The notes under the pieces were generated by a model. The model was not told where the DNA came from. It searched no databases and saw only the letters and a program-made list of their open reading frames with translations. This document shows positions 17,292-26,310 of a stretch of 32,000 bases of DNA, piece by piece (the stretch's first letter is position 1; every line of letters starts with the position of its first letter). The position numbers and the translations under genes are program-made. The stretch is from the NCBI GenBank assembly GCA_047651235.1, contig CP178758.1, positions 3,630,001 through 3,662,000 on the forward strand. Reading direction: 5' to 3'. The DNA comes from Candidatus Electrothrix yaqonensis. GTDB lineage: Bacteria > Desulfobacterota > Desulfobulbia > Desulfobulbales > Desulfobulbaceae.

Positions 17292-17930
17292 TTATTCGTC
17301 CTCTTCCCCGGCCTCCAGTTTTTTGATCTTTTCCTCCAGCAGGGAAATCAGACCGGGAAATTGTTTGTCACGCAGTACGCTGCGGATTTGTTCCATATAG
17401 TTACGGACCAGACTGATACCCTCCACCACAATGTCATAGGCCATCCATTTATCCTTTCTCAGGATCATAATATAGGAGACCGGAATGCTTTTGTCGTCTC
17501 CGACAAACAGGCTCTTGACCTCGGCCCTGTCCTTCCGTATCCGCTGGTCTGTAAACTCAATCTTTTTCTCCAGGAAATCATCAATCTGGCCGATGTAGAC
17601 ATACTGCAGCAGCTTGGTGAACAAAGCGATAAACTGCTCCTGCTGCTCTTTATTCAGGGTTTGCCACTGTTTGCCCATAACCCTTTTGGACATCTCATGG
17701 AAATCAAAATGGTCCGAAACCATTTTGACGATATGGTCACATTGCTCGGCAACCGGCCGTTTCCGGAATTCCTTATCCTTCAGCTGGGTAACGACTTTTT
17801 CTACAACCGGCTTCAGCTGTTCTGTCGGATCCGGAGGCGCTGCCGCCGCATTACGGATCCCGTCAGGGACAACAGGCAGAGCAAGAAAGAAAAAAAGAAA
17901 AAAAACTATATTGTACCGAGAGATAAGCAT
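17292..17930 (-). CDS. mlaC: Periplasmic phospholipid-binding protein MlaC (Ttg2D/toluene-tolerance family)
   Basis: 212 aa with a signal peptide. Family-typical segments: FDFHEMSKRVMGKQW, QQEQFIALFTKLL and MAYDIVVEGISLVRNY. It sits within the mla operon. Confidence 0.85.
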   Translation of the reverse strand: MLISRYNIVFFLFFFLALPVVPDGIRNAAAAPPDPTEQLKPVVEKVVTQLKDKEFRKRPVAEQCDHIVKMVSDHFDFHEMSKRVMGKQWQTLNKEQQEQFIALFTKLLQYVYIGQIDDFLEKKIEFTDQRIRKDRAEVKSLFVGDDKSIPVSYIMILRKDKWMAYDIVVEGISLVRNYMEQIRSVLRDKQFPGLISLLEEKIKKLEAGEEDE

Positions 17931-18051
17931 GGTTTCACCTTTTGTTGCTTTGTTGCCAGCGGCACCGCAGACCGCCTTTGTTATTTATTCGTCTTCTGCA
18001 GGAATTAAGGAGCATTCATAAATTGCTCATAGCTATGCGGTACCGTTAATA

Positions 18052-18534
18052 TTACTCATAACGTCGGAAGACGAATTCGCTGAAGATACCGGGAGAAAAT
18101 CCTGATATTCTTTTTTTATTTAATGTAGCATGTGCATTTTTCATTACATATTGATTGATGTGTACATCAGAAAATTTATCACCATCACATGGTGGATTTA
18201 TTTCTATGTATTCGCTTTGGAATTTTCCAATACTGTACATTATTTTAACAGTTGTATTGTCCGACCCGACAACAGATATAAGAATTTTATTTTTGAATCT
18301 TCGCCATCGAATTCTATCTGTATCGCTGTTGTACCATTTCGATATACCGCTTGGATCAGAAACAAAAACATATAATTTATTTTTTGGAGAAAAATATTTA
18401 AATGACGCAAAATGATATCCTCCGATATTAGCGTCAGCGTATCTATAAAGTTCGGCACGGGATTGTGCAAAGCTAAAGGTTGGAACTGAAAAAACATATA
18501 ATGTTATGATTATTGTAATGATTCTCTTGAACAT
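18052..18534 (-). CDS. AT-rich secreted hypothetical protein inserted in the mla operon
   Basis: 160 aa. Signal peptide MFKRIITIIITLYVFSVPTFSFAQS, with GGAGG upstream of the ATG. It is visibly much more AT-rich than mlaA and mlaC on either side. No family recognised. Confidence 0.6.
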   Translation of the reverse strand: MFKRIITIIITLYVFSVPTFSFAQSRAELYRYADANIGGYHFASFKYFSPKNKLYVFVSDPSGISKWYNSDTDRIRWRRFKNKILISVVGSDNTTVKIMYSIGKFQSEYIEINPPCDGDKFSDVHINQYVMKNAHATLNKKRISGFSPGIFSEFVFRRYE

Positions 18535-18646
18535 GTTTTTTTTCCTCCTTTCATCATTAAAAGATATTTAGCCCATATCTGGAATCAATACTGAAGGCTA
18601 TGTTAATATTTGCGAATTCAATATTAATTTCAGGTGTATTGGATTC

Positions 18647-18740
18647 ACAACACGTTGATTTTGTTCAACTGACAGTTTATGCCTATAAAAAATTAAGCTA
18701 TTATAATAATCGAGCTTCTTGTTTTTAACTGCGTAACTCC
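18647..18740. repeat. Degenerate third copy of the GTTACGCA-type MITE-like element
   Basis: AACTGCGTAACTCC (18727-18740) is identical to 12618-12631. Segment 18647-18673 is the reverse complement of 12575-12611 with one or two mismatches. The element abuts the mlaA stop codon. Confidence 0.55.
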
Positions 18741-19606
18741 TATTCTGATGCCGAAGCACCCCACATCTGCTCACGATGCTGAAAATAACCGTCCCGGACA
18801 GCCACATAGGGATCAAAACTTACATCCTTCATCTTTTCATATTCACCGAGATGCAGCGACAGATTGTTGACTTCCTTGCCGATATAAATCCCTGTTGCCT
18901 CTTCCCATCCGGCAGCCCAGAAGTAATATGGTGTCACGGCAAATCTATCGACAGTTATACCGGCCGCATCCCGCAGTGTCGAGGGCCCCATGACAGGAAT
19001 GACAAGATAAATACCGTCCTCCACGCCCCAATTCGCCAAGGTCTGGCAGAAGGTTGCCTCCAGGGGGGCAAACCCCATCGTGGCTGCGGGGTCACCGAAT
19101 CCTGCAATCCCGCCGGTCGTGTTGAGCAGAAATCTGGTCAGCACAGTGCCGGCATCGGAAAATCTGGCCTGCAGCAGCGTATTGAGCAAACGCATCGGCT
19201 CCTGCAGATTATGAAAAAAATTTCCTACAGCGCCCCGGATATCCGACGGAACAACTTCACTGTATCCGGTGGCAAGCGGATTCATGACCCATGTGAAGGC
19301 ATAATCATTAAAGGTAAAAACAGCCCGATTAATCTCTTCAAACGGATCATCTACTGCATAGACTTCAGGGCCCGCTTCTTCATCATAAAATGCATCGTCA
19401 AGAAAATCTATTTCTTCTGCATCCCCATCTTCTTCATCATCCGCATAAGCCGTGTTGTCAGAGGGGGGCAACTCTATTTTTTCTTCTCTTCCTTTTTCCT
19501 CTTCCTCCGCATAGACCGAGCTGCTCAAGGGTGACAACAAGCCGTAGCCGAAAGCAGAACAAAAACACAGACTGACAAGGAGCACTACATTTTTTTTTCT
19601 CATCAT
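18740..19606 (-). CDS. mlaA: Outer-membrane lipoprotein MlaA (VacJ family)
   Basis: VacJ-family core: DPFEEINRAVFTFNDYAFTWVMNPLATGY and, further on, GFGDPAATMGF. The start is set at MMRKKNVVLLVSLCFC (19606) rather than the tracked 19672. It has an unusual acidic E/D-rich insert after the signal sequence. Confidence 0.85.
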   Translation of the reverse strand: MMRKKNVVLLVSLCFCSAFGYGLLSPLSSSVYAEEEEKGREEKIELPPSDNTAYADDEEDGDAEEIDFLDDAFYDEEAGPEVYAVDDPFEEINRAVFTFNDYAFTWVMNPLATGYSEVVPSDIRGAVGNFFHNLQEPMRLLNTLLQARFSDAGTVLTRFLLNTTGGIAGFGDPAATMGFAPLEATFCQTLANWGVEDGIYLVIPVMGPSTLRDAAGITVDRFAVTPYYFWAAGWEEATGIYIGKEVNNLSLHLGEYEKMKDVSFDPYVAVRDGYFQHREQMWGASASE

Positions 19607-19704
19607 GCAATCAGGCCGGCTCGGCGCGCCCCCTCCATTTAGAGCCCCGCAGCTGCGGGAAACAATGAACAACGATGAACAAAAAATCAGGAAGTATGAA
19701 AAAA

Positions 19705-20154
19705 CTATTTTACCCCGCCGAAAGCAAATTTGGAAATCAGCGACTCCAGATCAACTGCCGACTCGGTATCCACAAGCAGATCTCCGGCCTGATAATACTC
19801 CTCATCACCGCCGGGGGTAAGCTGAATGATCTTGTCGCCGATAATCCCCTGGGATTTCACCGACGCCATAGAATCCTTTGCCAACTTCACCTTGTTATCC
19901 AAGGTCATGGTCACCACGGCCCTGTCATATTCATTCAGCTGTATTGCGGTGACCGACCCCACAGTCACCCCGGCTATCTGCACCTCAGCACCATTTTTTA
20001 TCCCGGAAATATTTTCAAATTCCGCATTCAGGGCATATGTACTGCCTGCATTCAACCAGGAAACTTCACCGAGCTGCAACGCCAGCCAGCCGAAGGCGGC
20101 GAAACCGAGAACAAGAAAAATACCGACTGCAATTTCCAAACGGGAATTATTCAC
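19705..20154 (-). CDS. mlaD: MCE-domain protein MlaD
   Basis: 149 aa. An N-terminal TM anchor (IAVGIFLVLGFAAFGWLAL) is followed by an MCE domain (GIKNGAEVQIAGVTVGSV). Confidence 0.88.
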   Translation of the reverse strand: MNNSRLEIAVGIFLVLGFAAFGWLALQLGEVSWLNAGSTYALNAEFENISGIKNGAEVQIAGVTVGSVTAIQLNEYDRAVVTMTLDNKVKLAKDSMASVKSQGIIGDKIIQLTPGGDEEYYQAGDLLVDTESAVDLESLISKFAFGGVK

Positions 20155-20239
20155 GGGATACTCCTCAGGCTACAAATTCAAGTTACAAATTTAAATATCC
20201 GGATATTATCGGCTGATCAGGCTTCTCCGGCATCAGCTT

Positions 20240-21052
20240 TCACAGCAGATTTCCGAGCGTCATTTCGGCAAATTCACGGATATGCGGTTTTTCCGAGTCC
20301 CTGATCTGCGCAGCATCGGTAAACAGGTCCACCTCACCTTTGTTGAGCAGGACAATCTGATCAGCCAGCTCAAAAACTTTCGGAATATCATGACTGACAA
20401 TGATCGCCGTATATCCTAACCGCTGCTGCGTCCGCCTGAACAGATCATAAATTTCCTGAGTCATGACCGGATCAAGGCCAGTGGTCGGCTCGTCAAAAAG
20501 AACGATCTCCGGGTCAAGCTGCAAAGCCCTGGCCAGTCCGACCCGTTTTTTCATGCCGCCGCTGAGCTGAGCCGGAAATTTGTTTTCATGACCGGTGAGT
20601 TCCAGCGTTTTCAGAGTGGCGGCAATCTGCTCCTGAATCTCCTGTTCCGTCAGCTTGGTCCGCTCCCGGAGCGGCAGGGCGATATTTTCAAACACAGAAA
20701 GCGAGTCAAACAGCGCTGCTCCCTGAAAAAGCACACCGAACTTGGTGCGCAGTTCACGGAGTTTTCTGCGGCCCATTCGGGTGACATCCTGTCCGTCAAC
20801 CAGTATCCGACCGCTGTCCGGTTTCAGCAGACCGAGAATCAGCTTCAGATTGACGCTTTTTCCCTGTCCGCTGCCGCCGGCAATCACCGTGGTTTTTCCA
20901 CGGGGCACGGAATAACTGATCCCGTGCAGCACCCTGTGCCGCTGGGTTCGTTCGCCGAATGTCTTGATAACGTCAATAAATTCAACTGCCGGTGTGTCCG
21001 GCTGATCTGTCTGACTTTCGCCTGCCTGTTTCTTTTCCTGTTCAGCAGCCAT
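20240..21052 (-). CDS. mlaF: ABC transporter ATP-binding protein MlaF
   Basis: 270 aa with Walker A GGSGQGKS, signature LSGGMKKRV and Walker [12 protein letters not shown]. It carries an N-terminal extension of about 20 aa. Confidence 0.9.
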   Translation of the reverse strand: MAAEQEKKQAGESQTDQPDTPAVEFIDVIKTFGERTQRHRVLHGISYSVPRGKTTVIAGGSGQGKSVNLKLILGLLKPDSGRILVDGQDVTRMGRRKLRELRTKFGVLFQGAALFDSLSVFENIALPLRERTKLTEQEIQEQIAATLKTLELTGHENKFPAQLSGGMKKRVGLARALQLDPEIVLFDEPTTGLDPVMTQEIYDLFRRTQQRLGYTAIIVSHDIPKVFELADQIVLLNKGEVDLFTDAAQIRDSEKPHIREFAEMTLGNLL

Positions 21053-21071
21053 GCTTCCCTACCTTTCTTTC

Positions 21072-21884
21072 CTACAAGAGTACTGCTGTCAGCAGGTAAT
21101 CAACAATTAAGACTGAGATCGACGACAGAACCACGGCCTGGGTGGTCACTCTGCTGACGCTTTCAGCTCCGAACCCTGCGCCGCGAATCTGCAGGACAAA
21201 ATAGCCGCGTCCGGTACTGATCCAGACAACAAGAAAGGCAAAGACAAAGGATTTGATCAGGCCGATCTGCAGATCATGATTGGTTACACTGGTCATCATG
21301 CCGTTGAAAAAAGAACCGGAACTCACCTCCATCATTTTGACAGCGGTAAGATATCCGCCGTAAATACCGACAATATCAAATATTGCTGTAAGCAGTGGGA
21401 TAGAAAGAACTGCAGCGATAAATTTAGGGGTGATCAGATAACGGAAAGGATCGACTGCCATGCACTCAAGGGCATCGATCTGTTCACTGATCCGCATGAT
21501 GCCGATCTCGGCGCACATAGCAGAACCGGCCCGGCCTGCGACCATAAGGGCGGTCAGAATCGGCCCAAGTTCCAGAATCAGGCTCAGGGCGATACCTGAA
21601 CCCAACATGCTTTCGGCTCCGAATCTCTTCAGCGTGTACACGCCCTGCAGCCCGAGCACCATTCCTGAGGCCAAGGCAGTGAAAAAAATCACGGCTATTG
21701 ATCCGGCGCCGATAAAACGAAGCTGCTTGAGCAGCTCTTTTCCCCGAAACGGCCGTTTGAACATGCCTGCCAGGGCGGCCAGAAAAAATATGCCCATCCT
21801 GCCCAGATCAGTCAGCAGATACAGGCAACGATCACCGAGATAAAAAAACGGCTTGCCCCAAAATATAGAGTTTGATTTCTGCAA
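21072..21884 (-). CDS. mlaE: ABC transporter permease MlaE
   Basis: 270 aa, polytopic. MlaE/Ttg2B-type motifs are present (EIGIMRISEQIDALECMAVDP). It lies 19 nt upstream of mlaF. Confidence 0.9.
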   Translation of the reverse strand: MQKSNSIFWGKPFFYLGDRCLYLLTDLGRMGIFFLAALAGMFKRPFRGKELLKQLRFIGAGSIAVIFFTALASGMVLGLQGVYTLKRFGAESMLGSGIALSLILELGPILTALMVAGRAGSAMCAEIGIMRISEQIDALECMAVDPFRYLITPKFIAAVLSIPLLTAIFDIVGIYGGYLTAVKMMEVSSGSFFNGMMTSVTNHDLQIGLIKSFVFAFLVVWISTGRGYFVLQIRGAGFGAESVSRVTTQAVVLSSISVLIVDYLLTAVLL

Positions 21885-22262
21885 GAGACTGATTGTTCGG
21901 TTGGATTGCAGATAAAAGTCCGTGCTGCACAGACAGCAGCGACGAGGCTCAATTTATTTTTTCGTTTAAACAGCTATTATACTCCCTGTTCAGTCAGTTT
22001 GAGAATACCATAAAAGAAAAAAAAACATAAACATTTTATTGCCGGAATCTTCACAGCCGTTCCGTGTTGCTCATTTCTACACCGACCTTGCCCTGAGTTC
22101 TGCGTGAGGAAAATGAGGACTATGAAACAGAGAGAGAAAAGAGGATAACAGGCTGTCAGATACGTCACAATATTTTTTTTTGCATCGGGATCGATATTTT
22201 TTGCCCCTCAAAAGAACCAATATGCCATCTGCAACAGGCGGGATGAACAGGTGCATCAGAAC

Positions 22263-22309
22263 AAAAAAACCGGCTCCTCCTTAACAGAAAGGAAGAGCCG
22301 GCCAAAAAA
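22263..22309. terminator. Bidirectional-looking terminator hairpin
   Basis: CCGGCTCCTCC-N10-GGAAGAGCCGG, flanked by A7 on the left and A6 on the right, which gives a T-run on the minus strand. Confidence 0.45.
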
Positions 22310-22651
22310 GAAGAGATGAAGAACATTTTCTATCTTGCACAGACTGTGCCATTTCTCCCGAACGTGTCCCCTCGCAAGTAATCATACGTAATACAGAGAA
22401 GATACAGGTTGCTTTGACACGTATCCGCCGGGCGATAATCGGGCCAGACCGTACAGTTTTTTTGCCGTGCAGGAAAGCAGGAACAACGGGAATTTCTGAA
22501 AAAGATACGTTTTATCATTAAATTAAAATTAGCATCTGCATCTGTCCAGTATCTGTAATGCATATCAATTTTACTACCACTTATCCTGAGGGAAGCAGTC
22601 CGGGCATCCCCCGGACGGAGCTTCTTTTGAGAAAAAATCTCTGCGCCTTCC

Positions 22652-22785
22652 GCTCGCGGTAGTCCTCTTTTGTGCCGGTCTGGAAGCCGAGCCCATCACA
22701 CGTATTTAGAAACCTGTTCTACTTACCTTTCCTGCTTCCTTGGCACAAAACGCCAGACCGGACTTATCACCGAGGAATAGACATC
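22652..22785 (-). pseudogene. Scrambled remnants of a nifE-like gene 3' end
   Basis: 22742-22785 matches 23548-23590 apart from a few substitutions, mainly toward the 3' end; it encodes DVYSSVISPVWRFVPRK versus EVYSSVMSPVWRFVPRK. 22652-22705 resembles 23801-23856 (QTGTKEDYRE versus QTGTEEDYRE). The order of the two pieces is swapped relative to the intact gene. Confidence 0.6.
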
Positions 22786-22798
22786 ACAATAGATTCGA

Positions 22799-22827
22799 TT
22801 GCATTCATATGTATTCTCCTGTATACT
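22799..22827 (+). promoter_or_regulatory. Sigma70-like promoter of the toxin-antitoxin operon
   Basis: TTGCAT, 17 nt, TATACT. It ends about 42 nt upstream of the antitoxin ATG (AGGAGAAG SD). Confidence 0.5.
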
Positions 22828-22869
22828 GAAAGCAGATAATCAGTCTGTAAAGCAAATCAGGAGAAGAAA

Positions 22870-23109
22870 ATGTCCAAGACCGTCACATTAAGGTTGAACG
22901 AGCAGATATATAATAAATTTAAAGGGGTTGCCCAGCAGGACAACCGTTCGCTGTCCAATTTTATCGAAACAGCAGTCCTCCGCTATATCGAAGAAATTGC
23001 GTATGCGGATGAATTTGAGATGGCCGAAATAAAGGGAAATGAAGAACTGAACCGCAGTCTGAAAAACGGTATCAGCGATGCCCGGGCAAAGCGGGGACGT
23101 TTTGTCTGA
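22870..23109 (+). CDS. Ribbon-helix-helix (CopG/RelB/ParD-like) type II antitoxin
   Basis: 79 aa. The N-terminus is RHH-like (TVTLRLNEQIYNKFKGVAQQDNRSLSNFIETAV). The gene overlaps the downstream toxin gene. Confidence 0.75.
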   Translation: MSKTVTLRLNEQIYNKFKGVAQQDNRSLSNFIETAVLRYIEEIAYADEFEMAEIKGNEELNRSLKNGISDARAKRGRFV

Positions 23110-23383
23110 TTTTCGAATCTTTGAAACCGATGAGTTCCTGAAAAAAATCAAGAAAATTCCTGCGCCGGATGCTGTATTCCTGCGGAGGAAGCTGGATAAC
23201 TTTACCTATCCTCAAATCAGAAAACAACCCTTTTGGGGCAACAATATCAAAAAGCTCCGAGGCTATTCACCGGATACCTGGCGATACCGAATCGGCAGAT
23301 TCAGAGTTTTTTATCTTATAGATCAGACAGAGGAAATTATCTATATGCTCACCATTGAAAACCGGAAAGATGCGTATAAGTGA
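23078..23383 (+). CDS. RelE/ParE-family type II toxin
   Basis: Has a RelE/ParE-like C-terminus (WRYRIGRFRVFYLIDQTEEIIYMLTIENRKDAY). The true start may be TTG at 23102, giving an 8-nt overlap with the antitoxin stop, rather than ATG at 23078. Confidence 0.75.
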   Translation: MPGQSGDVLSDFRIFETDEFLKKIKKIPAPDAVFLRRKLDNFTYPQIRKQPFWGNNIKKLRGYSPDTWRYRIGRFRVFYLIDQTEEIIYMLTIENRKDAYK

Positions 23384-23390
23384 ATGAATA

Positions 23391-23522
23391 ATGCGAATTA
23401 GGGGTTGAAATCCATAACACAAAGTCAACAAGATAAAACTGAAAAAATCTGCAGAATCGGAACAGTTTTTCTGTAACTATCTGTTTTTGCTGGGACCGAA
23501 TAATCCAACTCCTAATTCGCAT
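23391..23522. repeat. Long-range inverted repeat between the convergent toxin and nifE-like genes
   Basis: ATGCGAATTAGGGGTTG (23391-23407) pairs with CAACTCCTAATTCGCAT (23506-23522): 17 nt, 1 mismatch, with a loop of about 98 nt. Confidence 0.6.
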
Positions 23523-23531
23523 GAATAAGGT

Positions 23532-24899
23532 TCAGATGTGTTTCCTCGGCACAAAACGCCAGACCGGACTCATCACCGAAGAATACACCTCCTTGGTAAA
23601 GTTGAGCATTCCTTCAAAGCCTGCCAGAGCCTCTTTGCGTTCGTGGTTATGGTCGCAGAAGCCGATGCCCAGTTTGTAGGCAATGGGCCGTTCTTTGACC
23701 CCGCCGACAAAGATATCCACGCCTTTTTCCTTGAGGAAACTGTTCAGCTCCAGCGGGTTGGCATCGTCTACAATAACCGTGCCCGGATCGGTGATCGCCT
23801 CCAGCTCTCGATAGTCCTCTTCTGTACCGGTCTGCGACCCGACCATGACCACGTCCATGTCCACCAGTCGGAAGGCCTTGACCAAGGAAAATGCCTTGAA
23901 CGAACCTCCTACGTAAATGGCTGCCTTTTTTCCGGCCAGAGCCTTGCGGTATTTCTCCAGCTTGGGCACCAGCTCGCTTACTTTTTCCTGCACCAGGGCC
24001 TTGGTCCGCTCCATGATCCGGTCCGCTTCCGGATCATCCGGGTACTTATTCTGAAAAAAACGGGCAATATCGTACAGAGCCTCGGACATATCCTCAATAC
24101 CGAAATAGGAGACCCGCAGCGAAGGTACGCCGTATTGCTCCTCCATCATATTGGCCAGCTGCATGGTGGAGCCGGAGCACTGGACTACGTTCAGCCCGGC
24201 ACCGTGCGCCCGGCGGATATCATCCACCCGGCCGTCACCGGTGATATTGGCCACCACCTCCAGGCCCATCCGTTCATAATACTCCCGGATCATCCATATC
24301 TCGCCTGCCAGGTTGAAGTCGCCGAGGATATTCAGGGAAAACTTGGAAATACCGCCTGTATCACCGGTGCCGATCAGCCGGAACATGGCATCACAGGCTG
24401 CCTGATAGCCTGCCCGTTTGTTGCCTTTGAAACCCTCTGACTGCACCGGAATCACCGGAATGCCGGTCTCCGCAGCTACTTCCTTACAGACTGCCTCCAG
24501 ATCATCACCGATAATCCCGACAATGCAGGTGGAATAGACAAAAGTGGCCTTGGGACTGTGCCGTTCAATCAGTTCCAGCAGGGCGCGGCGCAGCTTTTTT
24601 TCTCCGCCGAAAATGACATCGATTTCCTGAAGGTCCGTGGAAAAGGAAAGCCGGTGCAGTTCCGGGCCGGAGGACAGGGCACCCCGGATATCCCAGGTGT
24701 AGACTGCGCAGCCGATAGGGCCATGCACCAGATGCAGGGCATCAGCAATGGGATACAGCACCACCCGCGAGCCGCAGAATACGCAGGCCCGCTGGCTGAC
24801 TGCCCCGGCCAGACTGTCCTTGTTGCAGACAATATTGAAGGGTTTCTCCCCTTTGACGTAAATCTGATCTTCGCGTTCTTTTAAGGCAACTGCTTCCAT
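23532..24899 (-). CDS. Nitrogenase component-I-like protein, NifE/NifD family (orphan)
   Basis: From memory it aligns along its length with NifE: HLVHGPIGCA, FVYSTCIVGIIGDD, NVVQCSGS, and C-terminal CDHNHERKEALAGFEGM. The start is set at ATG 24899 (AAGGAG 5 nt upstream) rather than the tracked 24983. Confidence 0.8.
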   Translation of the reverse strand: MEAVALKEREDQIYVKGEKPFNIVCNKDSLAGAVSQRACVFCGSRVVLYPIADALHLVHGPIGCAVYTWDIRGALSSGPELHRLSFSTDLQEIDVIFGGEKKLRRALLELIERHSPKATFVYSTCIVGIIGDDLEAVCKEVAAETGIPVIPVQSEGFKGNKRAGYQAACDAMFRLIGTGDTGGISKFSLNILGDFNLAGEIWMIREYYERMGLEVVANITGDGRVDDIRRAHGAGLNVVQCSGSTMQLANMMEEQYGVPSLRVSYFGIEDMSEALYDIARFFQNKYPDDPEADRIMERTKALVQEKVSELVPKLEKYRKALAGKKAAIYVGGSFKAFSLVKAFRLVDMDVVMVGSQTGTEEDYRELEAITDPGTVIVDDANPLELNSFLKEKGVDIFVGGVKERPIAYKLGIGFCDHNHERKEALAGFEGMLNFTKEVYSSVMSPVWRFVPRKHI

Positions 24900-24939
24900 G
24901 ATGCTCCTTGGTTTGAATCTACGGATTATTTTATGGTTA

Positions 24940-24956
24940 TGCAGATATCGTGCCGG
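24940..24956 (-). promoter_or_regulatory. Sigma54 (-24/-12) type promoter upstream of the nifE-like gene
   Basis: The minus strand reads CCGGCACGATATCTGCA, which matches TGGCAC-N5-TTGC at the GG and GC dinucleotides with correct spacing. It ends about 40 nt upstream of the ATG. Confidence 0.45.
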
Positions 24957-25419
24957 GCAGGCGTCCTGCGGCTTGTCATACAATTTTCGCAGGTTGCAGT
25001 ACAGAAGGGAAGCAAGGGAAGAACAAACGCTACATGATCACTACATTTATGTCAAAAAAGCGGCATGAGTGAAACGTCCCATATTTATTCTTGTTTCATC
25101 CTTGTCAATCAGTCCGACATATCCAAGTATATCCATCAACCCTGTGCAGCGGGTTTGCCCCGAAATTCCTTCTGTCCGACAGTCGGCCGTACAGCTCTAC
25201 GGCGCGGAACAATCATACTGCAATTATACTGCAGGCAGGACGGAATCTTCCTCGCCTTAAACCAAAAGTCATCGGATTCTGCTTGCTTCCATCGGTGTAC
25301 GGGGTACAATGGACAAAGTGAAAACAGACCGTACAAAGCAGCCTGTTCACCTGCTGCTGAAGGTCAGGTGAGAATCAGGGGCTGACGGAACAATTATTTT
25401 TAGAATCTCAGGAGAAGGT

Positions 25420-26265
25420 ATGGACGTTGAAAAACTGCTCGGCAAACTGCTGCACGAGGTCACAGGTTCCGGCGGAGCACAGTTTGCACGGAAATACAAT
25501 GAATACAGCAAGGGCGGCAAGAAAAAGAAATACAAAAAATATAAAAAAAAGTACAAAGGCAAAGATGCATATTATGGGCAGAGCGGTTCTTCGCACCGGT
25601 CTGCCCACAAAGGTTCACTCCTTGGTCAGCTTACCGGCAATCTGAAATCAGGCAAAGGGCTGCTCACCGCCATCGGCCTCGGTGTCGGAGCCTATGAAAT
25701 TTATCGGTCAAAGCAGCAGGCTCAGCAGCCGCAGGCCGGGACTGTGCCCGCTTACACCCCACCGCCAGCAGCCGGACAGTTCTCCACTCCTCCTCCCCCG
25801 CCGCCTCCGCAGCAGGCTCCGGTCGGGCAGCCGCAAAATGCTCCGGGTTCCGCTGTTCCTCCTTCGGCTTCTACGCAACAGCAACAGGCAGGCGGACCAG
25901 CTCCTCTTGCCACCGGGCTTAACGAGCAGGAAGTGGCACGCCGTCTGGTTCAGGTTATGATCGGGGCGGCTCATGCAGACGGCATCCTTGACGGCGATGA
26001 AGAAAAGGCCATCCTTGACCGCCTCCGTGATGCCGATCTTGCTCAGGAAGAAAAAATGTTTCTGCTGGACGAACTGCACCGGCCCCGTTCCATTGCGGAA
26101 CTGACCGAGGGTATTGAGGATACCCGTCTGGCCCAGGCCATGTATGCAGTTGCTGCCTCAGCCGTAGTCATTGATACAGAAAGCGAGCGGATGTGGTTTG
26201 ATGAACTGGGTGAAGCCCTGTCTCTCAGCCCGGAAGTCCGTCAGTTTATCGAAGAGACCCTGTAA
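25420..26265 (+). CDS. DUF533/TerB-like membrane protein (YebE-like)
   Basis: 281 aa. It has a Lys-rich N-terminus, one TM helix (GLLTAIGLGVGAY), a Pro/Gln-rich linker and a C-terminal TerB-like domain (MIGAAHADGILDGDEEKAILDRL). SD AGGAGAAGG. Confidence 0.7.
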   Translation: MDVEKLLGKLLHEVTGSGGAQFARKYNEYSKGGKKKKYKKYKKKYKGKDAYYGQSGSSHRSAHKGSLLGQLTGNLKSGKGLLTAIGLGVGAYEIYRSKQQAQQPQAGTVPAYTPPPAAGQFSTPPPPPPPQQAPVGQPQNAPGSAVPPSASTQQQQAGGPAPLATGLNEQEVARRLVQVMIGAAHADGILDGDEEKAILDRLRDADLAQEEKMFLLDELHRPRSIAELTEGIEDTRLAQAMYAVAASAVVIDTESERMWFDELGEALSLSPEVRQFIEETL

Positions 26266-26310
26266 TTATTTGTCATTTATTCTCCTGATTAAAAGCGGAA
26301 CAAAACGAAA

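Noticed and set aside
17259-20304. Plus-strand ORFs 17259..18008, 18776..19534, 19675..20304 and 20588..21157 opposite the mla genes
   Set aside because: The minus-strand genes form a coherent mlaEFD-A-C operon with clear motifs. The plus-strand ORFs are shadows of these genes.
21885-22651. A gene-poor interval of roughly 770 bp with ORFs 21977..22168 and 22330..22563
   Set aside because: The ORFs are short, with odd composition, no SD and no motifs. The region is better explained as the mlaE promoter region plus decayed DNA adjoining the nifE-like remnants. I could not recognise any structured RNA in it.
23391-23522. The inverted repeat after the toxin gene considered as an integron attC site (a TA gene cassette)
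   Set aside because: The arm polarity is wrong. The stem reads ...GGGGTTG-loop-CAACTCC..., so the GTT/AAC cores face the loop rather than forming outer RYYYAAC...GTTRRRY ends. No integrase or neighbouring cassettes are present. It is kept only as an unexplained hairpin, possibly a bidirectional terminator or a MITE.
23538-24884. Plus-strand ORFs 23538..24440 (300 aa) and 24558..24884 opposite the nifE-like gene
   Set aside because: The minus strand encodes a full-length NifE-family protein. The plus-strand products are His/Gln/Gly-rich with no motifs.
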